DNA of 64,000 nucleotides, from assembly GCA_028534125.1 (NCBI GenBank), contig CM052818.1, positions 48,114,001 through 48,178,000 on the forward strand. Reading direction: 5' to 3'. The DNA comes from Lama glama. Taxonomy: Eukaryota. The notes below the pieces were generated by a model. That model was not told the DNA's origin. It saw only the letters and a list, made by a program, of their open reading frames with translations, and did not search any database. The translations under genes and the position numbers were made by a program. This document shows positions 51,901-64,000 of the stretch, one piece after another (position 1 is the first letter of the stretch; each line of letters begins with the position of its first letter).

Positions 51901-54384
51901 CTCAGATGCCGCCCGTGCCCCTCGCAGGTGTGGGAGTGAGCGTGAGGATATCTGTAAGAAGAGGTTATAAGACAATGCAGTGATGGTCTAAAAGGCTCCA
52001 CGGGGAAAAATAAGAAGACAAACCATCCTGTGGATACTGATACAATAGTTCTTGAACGAGGGTGGACGTGGAGGCGGGAAACACATCTTCATGTCCAGGT
52101 AGTTTCAGTGTCTGCTGTTGGGAACTTGGAAATAATAAATATGCAACCGAGGGAGCATCTGCAGGTGCAGAGGCTAAAGGGCGAGGGGCGCTCTGAGCGC
52201 TAAGGGACAGGACACTTCCAGTGGCTGTTCGTCTGGAAAGTGGGCTGAGAGCTGTGAGGCGTGGCCACTGGATGGCCTTTTACACATGAGGCGCTTTAAC
52301 ACTCGGGGAACACAACCAGGGCTTCCACGTCCCTTTACAAACCCGGGAAGCACAGAGAGGCTCCTAGAGCTGATGCCAAAGAGCATCTGGTTGGAAGGAA
52401 AGCGCTTGAACTCAAATTAACTTTGCCCGAAATATACTGTTCTCGCTGATTTCTAGAATTAGGGGAAATTCAACAATCTCGATGAGGCCGAGGGCAATTT
52501 GGATGCAAAGGAAACTTGCTTGGGAGGTGCCTGCCTTGACCTTTAAGAATACTGCCTTTTATTATCTGCATTCATAGATGACTTTTCTATGTTCAGACAA
52601 TTATGAATCCTGGCCCCAGTCTACAAGTGCACAATAAAACAACTCGAAGTATTATTCCTAGCTGTTTGGAAAGAACTCAAAGCGGGTAAGATGTGCTTTG
52701 TGGTTCCATGAAGTGCCTTGTGTTTGTTTGAGAACAGAGCTTCCATGATTTTAACATTATCAGAGGCAGATACCCCATCTCTCGATTTAGCTTTTGCTGA
52801 CATTACCCACCACCTCTTAGTTTTCTACAGTTTCAGTAAGTCTTCCTACTGTCAGTCTGTAAGAGTGAGCGCACACACACACAAGTGCTCAGTGAACGCA
52901 GTCTTGTGGATAAGGTTACCCGCATTCCAGGATAAAGCCTGGAGAGTCATCCAATCCTGACTGCCATTCGATTCGCAACCTCGCCAGTGGAACAATGATT
53001 TTAGGAGAAAGGCCGGTCCTCAGGAGTTGAGCCATGCCAATTCCGTATCTCAAGTACTAGCTCCTGGCACTGGCAGACTGAAATCCGCTAAACCGTCCTG
53101 GGCTCCACTAGCATAAAGTTCCCAAGTTGGACATGTGCCCAAGAGGCTGTTCTCTTTCTGCAGAATGAGTCGTTCCGGAGCACTTTCATCACCGTACACG
53201 TGGGGATGAGGGGCAGAGTAGTCACCACTGTCTCCTGTCCCCCACTGGTTGCCTCCAGGAGGAGGTAGCCCCCCTCACACTCTGGCCCTGCCTGCTGGCA
53301 GGCGGTCAGAGAAGGGCAGGGCAGACAGAGCCACGTGGGGCAGGAGCATTGCTCAGGCTGGACACTGAGTTTGCCTGGAGCTGTCCACTCTGTGTGGCTG
53401 AAGCCGGTGGGGCCTCAGGGATATTATGCAGGACACTGAGGGGGGGTCTGCTAGAGTGCATTTGCTTTCACTTAAGTTCTCTAACATGCAGTGAGTCGTT
53501 CCTATCCACTTCTGAAGCTCTCTTTCTATTTCCTTACGAAAGTTTTCAGTTATGCCTTTGACTTGCGCCTCGTTTCTTTGTGTTCCAGCATCAGTGCAAA
53601 AGCTTCAGGTTTTAGATTAGATTTTTGGTCTCAATCTCCAAACCTGTATTTCCTCTTCACATCTTCCTCATTTTGTCTTTTTTCTTCATTTTTGAAGGGA
53701 GAGTACCAAGGTTGTCCTCTACATCAATGAGTCAATTTTCTGCAGTTCCACTCTTCAGTCTCCAGTAAAGTCTTTCATTCGCATCCTTTTTTTTACGCTT
53801 TCCTCACTCACTCATCACCTTCTCTTCCTTTACATCTTACTGTGTTTCCTTTCCTTAAGGCTTTGGATTCCAGTTTCAAACAGAAGTTCTATTTTTGCCT
53901 TGTATTGAGAATGACAAACATTCTAAAAAAGGGACTGATTCCTGTAACAAATTATTTTCGTATGTATGAATCTTCTTTAGGATAGTAGGCCTCCAGGATA
54001 ATATTCCTTTTCTCTTTTTTTCTGATTTTTTAAGCAAAGGAGATCTTTGCAAATTACATATTTTTGTAGGAACTAAAATGTTCACTGTACGGCTATTTAA
54101 AATAGCAAGAGACTTAGCAACAAATTCCAGTCCTACATTACAGGAATGTTTCTATGCATTATACAATTTTAACAAAGTTTAATAATACATTCATAGCCCC
54201 AAATACAAAGTCTTTAAATACATGAGCCATGTTTTTGGCTTACTGTTAAATAGAAAGAAAAAGGAAAAGGGAAATTTCATCATACGTGGAAATGCAGCAG
54301 ATGAAAAAGTTTCTACTAGCTTGACAGGGAGGTGGGTGTATCCAGACCACTTCTTTTTTTTATTGTTTTTAAAAGTTTAATTTG

Positions 54385-54938
54385 TTTTTTTTGAAGTATA
54401 GTCAGTTACAATGTGTCAATTTCTCAGGTACAGCATAATGTTTCAGTCATACATATACATGTATATATACACCCCTTTTCATATTCTTTTTCAGTATAGG
54501 TTACTACAAGATACTGAATATAGTTCTCTGTGCTGTACAGTAGAAACTTGTTTATCTATTATGTATATAGTAGTTAATACTTGTAAAACTTGAACTTCCA
54601 ATTTATCTCTTCCCACCCTCTTTCCCGCCTGGTAACCATAAGTTTGTTTGCTATGTCTGTGAGTCTCTTTCTGTTTTGTAGATAAGTTCATTAGTGGTTA
54701 CTTTTTTCTTTTTTCTTTTCGTTTCTTTTCTTTTTTTTTAGATTCAACATATAAGTGATAGCATGTGTTTTTTTTTTCTTTCTCTTTCTGGTTTACTTCA
54801 CTTAGAATGACGATCTCCAGATCCACTCATGTTGCTGCAAATGGCATTATTTTATTCTGTTTTATGCCTGAGTAGTGTTCCATTGTGTGTATATATATTT
54901 ATATCTTTTTTAGCCAGTCATCTGTCAATGGATATTTG
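54385..54938 (-). mobile_element. L1 3' portion (ORF2 end plus 3' UTR)
   Basis: gaagtatagtcagttacaatgtgtcaatt...ttactacaagatactgaatatagttctctgtgct...ttacttcacttagaatgacgatctccagatccactcatgttgctgcaaatggcatt. Confidence 0.9.
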
Positions 54939-57718
54939 AAATTCTATGATTTTAATTACTAAATGTTTCATTACTGAAAACTAGAATGAATGATAGAATA
55001 AGCATGAGAAGGTAGAATTTGGGCTGAGTCTTCAAAATTTGATAGAATTCAGACAGACAAAGCATTAAGGAAATACAATATAAGTTTGATATATGAAGTT
55101 TCAATGCAAGGTAATTTGGGTGCAGAAAATAACTAGACATGTTACTGATAGTTTATATAGTCAACACTCTATGGAAGAATTCTTAAATGTATACAAGAAA
55201 AAATTTGTAGTTTCCTCTTTATATAGTTTCTTCTATGCAGTTTCGTCAGCGGGGACAAAAAAGAAAACAGATCAATTATTATTCTTTAATTGAATTTAGT
55301 ATTTAATTACTCAGTTCCCCACTGAAAATCACAACATAATGATGTCCACTACTTTCCATAGACAATGTTTTCTTTCCTACAAGACACGTAAGTTTGATAG
55401 CTTTATAAATGGAAATACTGAGTAGGTGACCAAGACAAGTCAACGTTTGCAACATTAGTAGTTAAAGTAAAATCTCAACCCCTAGAATCACCATTATATT
55501 AGTGGTAAAACTCTTTGAAAAGAAGCGCAACTAGTTGAATGATTTCAACAATTAATGTGTACAAATAGAATTCTGAAACGAAGACCTATTCATCCTGTGT
55601 CTCCATAACTTAACAGAAATCCATGCTTAGTAGAAATCTGTGCTCTGTGGTCAGACTTAAGAAACCAGACACCTCAAGCCTCTTTTGAAACCTTTGTCTT
55701 GTCATTTCAAAAAATAATCTGGTAATTAACATCAAATGCATTTGAGATTCTTCCATGCTATTTGATGTATTAGTAACTTGTTTTTATTTTTGAATAGTAC
55801 AAAACTGTGTGGATGTTTCACTCTTATCCTAACTCCTCAGTGGTGGTAGGTTTGAGCTGTGTGCAGCTTTTGGCAACTATGAGGAGTAGCAGGTTTTCTG
55901 TAGGCATGAGGCCAGTGCTTGCAGGAATCTGAGGATGGGCTCCTGAAAACCTGTGTCCTGGTGCCCAGCTGTCTCATCTAGCCCTGGCCTTTTTAGTGTT
56001 ATTACTTCTCCGAGCGCTTTAAAAATGTAAAATCCTTGTCAATGTTTTACTGCGAGTATTTTTAGGCATCATTTCTGAAGGAGTGCACAGAAAACCTTCG
56101 ACACTGCTTCCAACCAAGCCTTATAAATCACCTTCAATGGCAGTAAGAGGGCACTGGTTTTAAAATCACGCAGTACTTATAACCATAAAATATGCCACAG
56201 TTCCCAACCCTCACTCCCCAACCCCCACCAAGTCATATACGTGAGGACACTTTTATTTGCACAACTTGTTCTATTTAAGATTGTCTTGGAATATTTGCTT
56301 TTCTAAGAGTCCTATCTGAAACCCCATCTTTTCCTCTTCCACCCAAGAGAACACAGCAATGTAAGTCAGGGATGCTGTGAAGAATACATTTAAATGTTTT
56401 CTCATAAATTTTTTAACCATTCATAAGCTGTTATTTAACTAGTTTCATAACGAGTGATTTTTCGGATCCATTCACAAGTGATCAGAACACGTACTTCGAA
56501 ATGATTGACACAGCCGTTCTATTGCATGTGTTGCATTAAATATTATTGCACATGCAAAGCATTACCAAAGATTTAGGATTTGCTTAGCGGTTGCAGGAAG
56601 CCCAAAGCTTTCTGCTAACAGATGAATCATAGAGAAGATCCCACCATTTCTTGTTGAAGATGGTGCCTCTGTGTCAGTGCATCTTGGGATTTCCATGATC
56701 TGACCATAGGATGACCCCTTTTCGTGACGGAATAAGGTGGAGTAAGGTATTAAGCAAGGCCCTTCGCTCTGGAGCCATGAAAGATTGACGCGGGAAGACT
56801 GAACCTTGCTTTGTTTCCAGCGGGGCCACCATGTGCCGTTGCTTCCCCTGGGTCTGGGTCCAGGCAGCGGTCATTCTAACCGTGTTGTCTGTTACGGCTT
56901 CTGTTTGGATGCTTCTAACAGCCCTTTTTTTTTTTTTTTAACTATAAAACTGTTTATTCCTTCATTGTTGCAGTTCAAATGCAAATAACAAAACACAGAC
57001 CAGACCCCAGTGGCAGCCTTAGGAACTGAGAACTGACCTTGCACAGTGGGTGCTGCCTTGCTTCCTGCACTTGGCACTTAGTATCGCATCCTTCACTGAC
57101 ACTGTCATTTGAATACTTTGCACCTTGAAGCTCACTAGTTGCCTATTTGTCATCTGACCTTTATCTACAACGGGCACATTGAGTTCCAGGAAAGTAGCGT
57201 TGCCATTTAAACACCAGGAACGCAGGTCTAAAATTCTCTATGTAATTTTAATGTAATACTTTTCATTTCTTCTTTGCTTCAGACCCAGGAGTTTTAAAGA
57301 TTTACGGCTGTCTGTTAAAGAGGTCATGAAGTTGTCACGAGGACAAGCCACATGCCAGATACTTTCCCCTCTTTTCTACTCACCCTACCTGATTAGGTCG
57401 GTAATGAAATTCTCACTTTTCAAATAAGCTAGCCAAGGTTTAGTGAGGAAGAGACACTTGTCTAAAGTCGCACCACTAACACGTGGAGGGACCAGAGTTT
57501 CAATATAAATATTACTTATTCCAAATTTATGGGCTTTTTTGTTTTTTTATGGTTTTGTTTTTACCAAATCCTCCTGCTTCTAGGACGACTGTGGGATAGA
57601 ATGCTCTTCTAAAGTTACCTTTCCTTTTTGCCCCTAAGAAGATAACCAATTTTCACTTATGAAGGTTTATTCCCCTAACGTCTTACTCATTAATTAGTGG
57701 GGCAACCCAAAGAATGTA

Positions 57719-57755
57719 GCCACCACCACCACCACCACCAACAACAACAACAAGA
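57719..57755 (+). repeat. Compound (CAC)n(CAA)n trinucleotide repeat
   Basis: Directly visible. Confidence 0.9.
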
Positions 57756-60658
57756 ACAAAAGAATGAAGCATCAGCAAAAATTAAGATGTTTTAAGAGAT
57801 ATTAAAAAGATGTCACCAATGCCATGCAATGTGGGTGTGATTGCCAGTCCGTTGTCCCTGACCTTCTCTTGGGAGGCTGGCATCCTTGGAGACCTCCACC
57901 GGGCACAGTGGGGCTGGCTGGGCCCCCTGCTCTCTGGGGCCTCAGCTCCCACGCAGCCCACATACAGATGTGCAGATCTTTACACCAAACTTTTGTAAGG
58001 AATCTGATTCTCTCCCAAAGGCGAGACCTGGGAAAAAGACAATGGAGTCCCTTTTAATCGTGTCCTGAGAATAAGTTTGTAAAATTGGTATGAGACTTTC
58101 AACAAGATACACTTGCAGGGGGTGCAGCTACAGACACTAAGCTTATGAGTCACCTCTGAGAAGCCGGGAAAGCCCTTGTGTGTGGTATGACTTCTTCTCT
58201 TTCAGCAGCCATCTCCTGTCAAAGCCCACCTGGCAATTCAAGTCCTGAATGATTAAGGACAAAGACGTACATGGCCATATTCTGTGCCTATGTACAGCCT
58301 TTGTTGATTGGAAGTCTCAATTAATTACCAGATCAAAACTGGGCTGGGATTTGCTTTGTAAATTGCTAAACAGTTTAACTGGGAATGGAGAAACACTATA
58401 TGACATTAAATGACCTTCCTAAAAGCTTATTTCTCTCCCCACTGCTCGTATTGGAATCAATTTCAGGAGTCATTTAAAATGAGCAGTTTATTAGCTTCCT
58501 AAATGCACTTACTGCATGCCAGATGTCCATCTCACACCAGTCTGCTGCCGGCTTTCAGTGACCCCCCTCCATAGAGGCTACTGCCTTGGTTCCATCACCT
58601 GGGAAACTCGTGTCACAGAGCAGTGTGGTTGGCAAGCTGGGTTCCAAGGAGAAAGGTGTGGGCAAAGGGGATGATGTCACAAGGCAGGGTTCCAGTGAAA
58701 ACAGAATTAAACTTGTCCAGGTTGAATTGAGAAGCTCATTATTTTCTCAGACCTCTGAGTGTGTTTCAGGCACTTGAAATGCCTTAGATTATATCCGAAT
58801 TGATTGGAAATGAATGCACGTCATAGCCCACGACAGTGATGGGCCACTCTACAAGCAGGCCTACGTCTTATTTTTTAAAAACATCTTATTATCCCAAAAT
58901 ATTCTGCATGATGGATTTTCAACTATTTTGCTTTTTCCCTTTTACTTAAATGATGACGCCATCCTCCGTTCTCAGTGGCTCACTAAGAACAAAGTATAAG
59001 TCAATCATAAAATTTCTAAATTTGAACATGGTGTATTTTGACTAAAAGGCGTGGCTTAAATAGCACTTATGAACCAAGTATCTCAACTCTTTGATTCTTT
59101 AACTAATACAGCTAGCAACCTGTTTCACAGATTTCCATAAAACAAAAAAAAATAAGTGATCAGTTTTTCCTTTACGCTGTCTTTTCTATGTGCAAATAGC
59201 AACATCTCTATTGTTCAAAACAATAAAACAACAATAAAAATTCTAATTGACAATGACATAAAAATTCCCCAAATAATTTTTAAAATATGTATGCAACAGT
59301 GTAAAGAAAACTGAAACAAGTAAAATGAATTATGGACAATAAAATATTTATTATAAACATACATTTAAATACATTGAAAAATACATGTAATTTTGGAGTA
59401 AATAATGAAATTCTTTATTGTACTCTATTTTGTTTTATTTCTATGATAAAACATGAATATTGTGAAATATGCATTTATTTTGTGGATGTACATAATAAAA
59501 GGGAGCATCAACAGAATGCGGAATGATGAACACAAACGCACCATTTAAAATATCAAGTATTGTACCTGAATGTCTTTCTGATTTCTCGCAAAGACATTTG
59601 CTTTCTGTCTGTAGGGTCTACAGAGTTGTCACAGTTAATGAGCAGTTAATGATCCTATTTTTCGTGGCTGTCGTGGGGTACAACTGAATTATATAGTGAA
59701 CTGTAACAAGCACTGTTAGTTATGTCTAAATTCCATGGAGAAAGGGTTAAATCACTTTGTGGTTCCCTACACTGCCATGTGCACACAGTCAAAGTTTCTT
59801 AATGGTGACGATGAAAAACAGAGACATTATTAAGACGTGGAAATTATTCAGAATAATTTGAATATTTTAACTTTTGTTTGTTTGTTTGTTTTGAATTGGT
59901 GTCGAAATTCAGCCTAAAACTCTAGCCGCGCTGAGCCAGGTGAAACTGGTACTGCCTTCTCTTGGGGATGTTCTAGAGCCAGGAAGAAGCATTGAGCAGA
60001 ACGGTGTAAGCCGAAAAGGCCTAGAAAAGTCTAATGTATCTCCGGGAGGCTCTGCTTACTCATGTGCAGGATAGGGGCAGTGACGGGGTCGAGATGACAC
60101 AGACACAGCACATGTACATGACCCAGCTTTGTGCCTGGCGTCCAGCAGGTCCTCGGTAACGACAGTAACCTAGGATTTATAACTTAGGTGATTGATTTCT
60201 TGAATATATGTAAGCACATCTGACTGTCCTTTGTGATTGGATTACCACATTTTGTTGATTCTTACTTTGTGGTTGCCTTTATTCCTTTGATAACTATGAA
60301 AGTTTAAAAAGCTAAAGCTCTAATCTGTTCTTAGAAACAATGGTAAGTACATATATGTAAACTAAAAAAAATACAGTATATAAGTACTTACATGCAATAT
60401 AATGTGTATGTGCAGTCAAACTGTAATAATTCTACCTAATAAAACTGAAAAAGGAAAAAAATTCATATCTAGGCCTCAGAAAAATCAAACATTTGTCTGC
60501 ATTAGGGACTGTCAGGATATCCATGAAGACTGAACTGGGGATGTTTAATATGCCAAAGCCATGGGTTTTGTAGGCATATTTATTGAATAAATGAATGATG
60601 TAAGAAATTGCAGAATGTGTCATAAATACATGTTATAAAACCTCTAAAAGAACAATGA

Positions 60659-61322
60659 ATACACCACAATTTCTTTACCCAGTCATCTGCTGATGGACAT
60701 TTAGGTTGGTTCCATGACTCGGCTACTGTAAACAGCGCTGCTATGAACATTGGGGTGCATGTATCTTTTTGAATTAGCGTTCCCTCTGGATATATGCCCA
60801 GGAATAGGGTTGCTGGATCATATGGTAAGTCTATTTTTAGTTTTTTGAGGAATCTCCATACTGACAATGCCATTTGCAGCAACATGGATGGACCTGGAGA
60901 TCGTCATTCTAAGTGAAGTAAGCCAGAAAGAGAAAGAAACATACCATATGATATCACTTATATGTGGAATCTAAAAAAAAAAAAGAAAGAAAGAAAGAAA
61001 AAAAAGAGTGCACTAATGAACTGATTTACAAAACAGAAACAGACTCACAAACATTGTAAACAATTTACGGTTACCGGGGGAGAGGGGGTGGGAAGGGATA
61101 AATGTCGGAGTTTGAGATTTGCAAATGTTAACCACTATATATAAAAATCAATTAAAAAGCAAATTTCGTCTGTATAGCACAGGGAACTATATTCAATATC
61201 TTGTAATAACCTTTAATGAGAAAAAATGTGAAGACAAATATATGTGTGTGTATGCATGACTGGAACATTGTGCTGTGCACCAGAGATTGACACATTGTAA
61301 CTGATTGTACTTCAATTAAAAA
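60659..61322 (+). mobile_element. L1 insertion with 5' inversion (ORF2 C-terminus inverted, 3' UTR sense)
   Basis: 60659-60863 on the minus strand encodes VWRFLKKLKIDLPYDPATLFLGIYP...CTPMFIAALFTVA..WNQPKCPS.DDWVKKLW (L1 ORF2 C-terminus); from 60864 it reads sense aatgccatttgcagcaacatggatggacctggag through the 3' UTR. Confidence 0.9.
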
Positions 61323-62099
61323 GTGAAGATGTGAAGAAAATCTGAGAATAATCCTGTTTTATCCAGACTCACCCAGCCTCTTCCCCATCTGTGTTCTGAA
61401 GACGCCCAGGTTTAAGCATCCTTCTTAGATTCCTCACATACGCTGTTGTCCCAAAGGTTGGGGACACTTTCACCGGAGAGTCCAGGCAGCTTCTGAGAGC
61501 TGGAACACGAAAATCATCACTACCACCCACCTCATCACCATTGTGGTCATAAAGGACGTGGTGAATTTGTGGTTTACGCGTCCTCTGTAATCAGTAAAAG
61601 TAAAGTCTACCTGGGTCAGTTTTCTGATTTTCCCAGCACTGCTATTTTCTCTTGAAATTAGGGTTTAGCCTCGTCAATGCTGCTGATGGAAGCTGGCTGA
61701 TTTATTCTTGTATTTTCTCATGGGACGAACTTCAGAAGCTCAGCCGTCAGTGGTTAAGAATCTCCGTTCTTGAAAGCGAAATGGACGCTGATTATAAATC
61801 TCCGGGTGCTTCCCGACACTGTTAATTCAGGATGTGCTGACGCTGTCATCAGTAACATATAAAAATGAGAACTTCCCAAAGCAGAAGGCTGTTCTCATGA
61901 CCTGGGAAAGATGCGGGTGGGGAGTCGGACTGCGCTGGGGTATCATCATTTCACACCTCCATGCAGAAAATCCTGCGAGAAAGGCGCTTCCCCATTAGCT
62001 GCTGCTGAGGATTGTCTGTCTCCTGAGAGCAGCCTGGTGACAGTATTTTTTGCTGCGTTCAGAAGGAGCACCTGCAACTAAGGCCATGACTCTGACAGG

Positions 62100-62540
62100 C
62101 TGGAATTGCGGGGCTAGTCGCTCACTCTGGAGCCCGCAACGGGGCATCTCGGAAGCCCCGAGGGAAGGTCTGGGGAGCAGCAGCCAGTGGCTCCTTACAC
62201 AAGAGCGGGCGGGGGTGGGCCGGAGGTCTGGGGGGCTTCGGCTTCCGCTCTGCGGTTCCTGGGTCCTTCTGCTCCCCAACTGCTGCAGATTCGAAGCGAA
62301 GAGTGTTCTCCGGAGGCGAGGCTGAGCCTCTGTGCCAGCTGCCTGCGGTTCAGACAGCTGCCTGCCTTCCAGCAGCCGCAGGCACCGCCTGGCGCTCCCG
62401 GCTTCCACGGTGAAGGAGAGGCGGGGGCCCGGCGTTCCTGCTGCCATCGCACAGATGTGACGCGGTGGAGGACCAGGGGGAAGGTGCACGGGCGCAGAGG
62501 GGCGGAGCTGCAGGGGCAGGTGGAGGGGGACGCTGCCCAG
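62100..62540. promoter_or_regulatory. Small CpG/GC-rich patch, possible regulatory element
   Basis: Elevated GC and CpG; GC boxes GGGCGGGG at about 62206 and GGGGCGGAG at about 62499. Confidence 0.35.
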
Positions 62541-62889
62541 AAGGACGTTACTGGAAAGGACCTGAGACCTTCTTCCTCAGGTCTTTCGCTCAGAGTACAA
62601 GATGGGGGCCTGGGGTCCCCCCTTACCCGGCCCTCCGTGCACTTACACAAGCCCGCACTGAAACAGGACTGCTTTTCAACCTTAGTGCAGGAGTAGTTCT
62701 TGCAGATTTTGTTTTGAAAGGTGTTTTTTCCTCTCTTATCTGCTTCAGAAGCATCTCTTCTACTTGTGCCTCTGCTTCCTGAAGCCTCTCATGATCCCCA
62801 GACCCCTTGCTCTCTTCTGCCTCCCATCTGATGCACAGGATGGGGGTGGAGTCAGGAGACAGGAGGGATCACATCTGTGTGTCACTCCC

Positions 62890-63075
62890 ACCTCCCTCAT
62901 GTACTTGCTTTGTGACCTTCAGCCAATTACTCAACTTCTCTGTGTCTCCGTTTCTGCAGCCGTAATTGGGGCTAATAGCATCGCTTACCTCAATGACCTG
63001 CCATGAGGATTACATGAGTTAGTATTTATAAAGCGACTTAGAGCAGGCCTGGCACGTGGTCAGGGTGGTATAATG
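62890..63075 (+). mobile_element. MIR SINE
   Basis: ttgctttgtgaccttcagccaattactcaacttctctgtgtctccgtttc...atgaggattacatgag...aaagcgacttagagcaggcctggcacgtggt. Confidence 0.75.
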
Positions 63076-63649
63076 CTTTGCTTTTATTAGTAGTTTTGAA
63101 GCTGAACATAGCTAAGGTGAGTGAAGACTAGCACCCATCTCTCTACTGAGGTCTTAGAATTAAATGCTCCATCTGCTTCAGCACGGAACCCTTGCACCCC
63201 GTCACTGCCACTGTCCAGCCCACTGAGCTGTCTCTGCTCCCAGCACTCCTGTGAGTTAGGGTCCCGGGAACAACCCTGGGGTCTGTGATGCTGAATAAGA
63301 CCCTCTCTTGCTGTTTCTCCTGAGCCCTGTGTCTGCCCAGGTATAACAGGTAAGCTTCTGCCTGGAGCTTCTCCCAAGTGCTCATGGACTGTCCAGGCTC
63401 ATTCTGGAGGAGAAGACATCCTGAGGATTTCATCCCAGCGCGGGTCCTACTGCCTTTTCTTGTTTGGGTCAGACTTCCCACCAAAACAATGAGTGAAGTC
63501 TTGACCAGAGTCATTGGCCAACACATTTATGCTCATGGAAAAATTACACACACACACATATACATGAATCTCATGATCAACATATCATTGCTAAGTAAAA
63601 TAATTAATACATAAATGTCACTAAAATGAGGTTTTCAATTTTTAATTGA

Positions 63650-63870
63650 GTAGGAAGATGCTAATAGTATAATTTTAAGTGAAAAAGACAAGACATAAAA
63701 TAGTATATATAGCATGGTTTTATGTACACGTATTTAGATGAAAGGGAAAAACAAATACTTATATGGTGGTAAGGTTATCAGCCATTTTTGAATTCTTTAT
63801 ACTTTCCTATATTTTTCAAAAAGTTTATAATGAATGTGTAGTACTTCCATAAGCTGAGACAAAAAAGCAA
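63650..63870 (+). mobile_element. Old L1ME-like 3' remnant
   Basis: ttttaagtgaaaaagacaagacataaaatagtatatatagcatg...ctttatactttcctatatttttcaaaa...tataatgaatgtgtagtacttccataa. Confidence 0.55.
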
Positions 63871-64000
63871 TTAACAGCACTATTTTTAGAAAACTAGAGT
63901 AAGAAGCATTTACTCCACCCCCTGGGTGTTGTCATAATCCATATTCCCTGCTCATCACACAGGAGGCCGTCTAACCCTGATGTTGGAGGAGCCTTTGAAG

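Noticed and set aside
59200..59620. AT-rich block, possibly an old hAT transposon remnant
   Set aside because: Could not assign termini or family with confidence
60580..60885. 101-aa ORF as a host gene
   Set aside because: It is the inverted L1 ORF2 C-terminal fragment
1..64000. Excess of plus-oriented L1/MLT1 copies suggesting an intron of a minus-strand gene
   Set aside because: Counts are small with several opposite copies, so it cannot be distinguished from chance
1..64000. CRISPR arrays, operons or other prokaryote-type systems
   Set aside because: The sequence is mammalian; no regularly spaced repeat-spacer structure or dense coding

Overview
Mammalian non-coding genomic DNA, very probably camelid: five short tRNA-derived SINEs resemble the camelid Vic-1 family. 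I recognise no protein-coding gene, tRNA, rRNA, miRNA or CRISPR array. The only ORF with clear homology is a LINE-1 ORF2 C-terminal remnant at about 60.66-60.86 kb. The window is a typical mosaic of interspersed repeats (MIR, L2, old and younger L1, MLT1 and ERV1 LTRs, Tigger2a, MER53, MER63, MER94) and microsatellites. It has one CpG island at about 36.5-37.3 kb and several smaller CpG-rich, promoter-like patches. Repeat family names come from recalled consensus sequences, not a RepeatMasker run, and most boundaries are approximate. The best-supported curiosities are two 5'-inverted L1 insertions and two poly(A)-tailed retroposition-like fragments. The speculative ones are spliced small-ORF gene models at 1.7-3.6 kb and 56.8 kb. 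I found no evidence for a new biological system.
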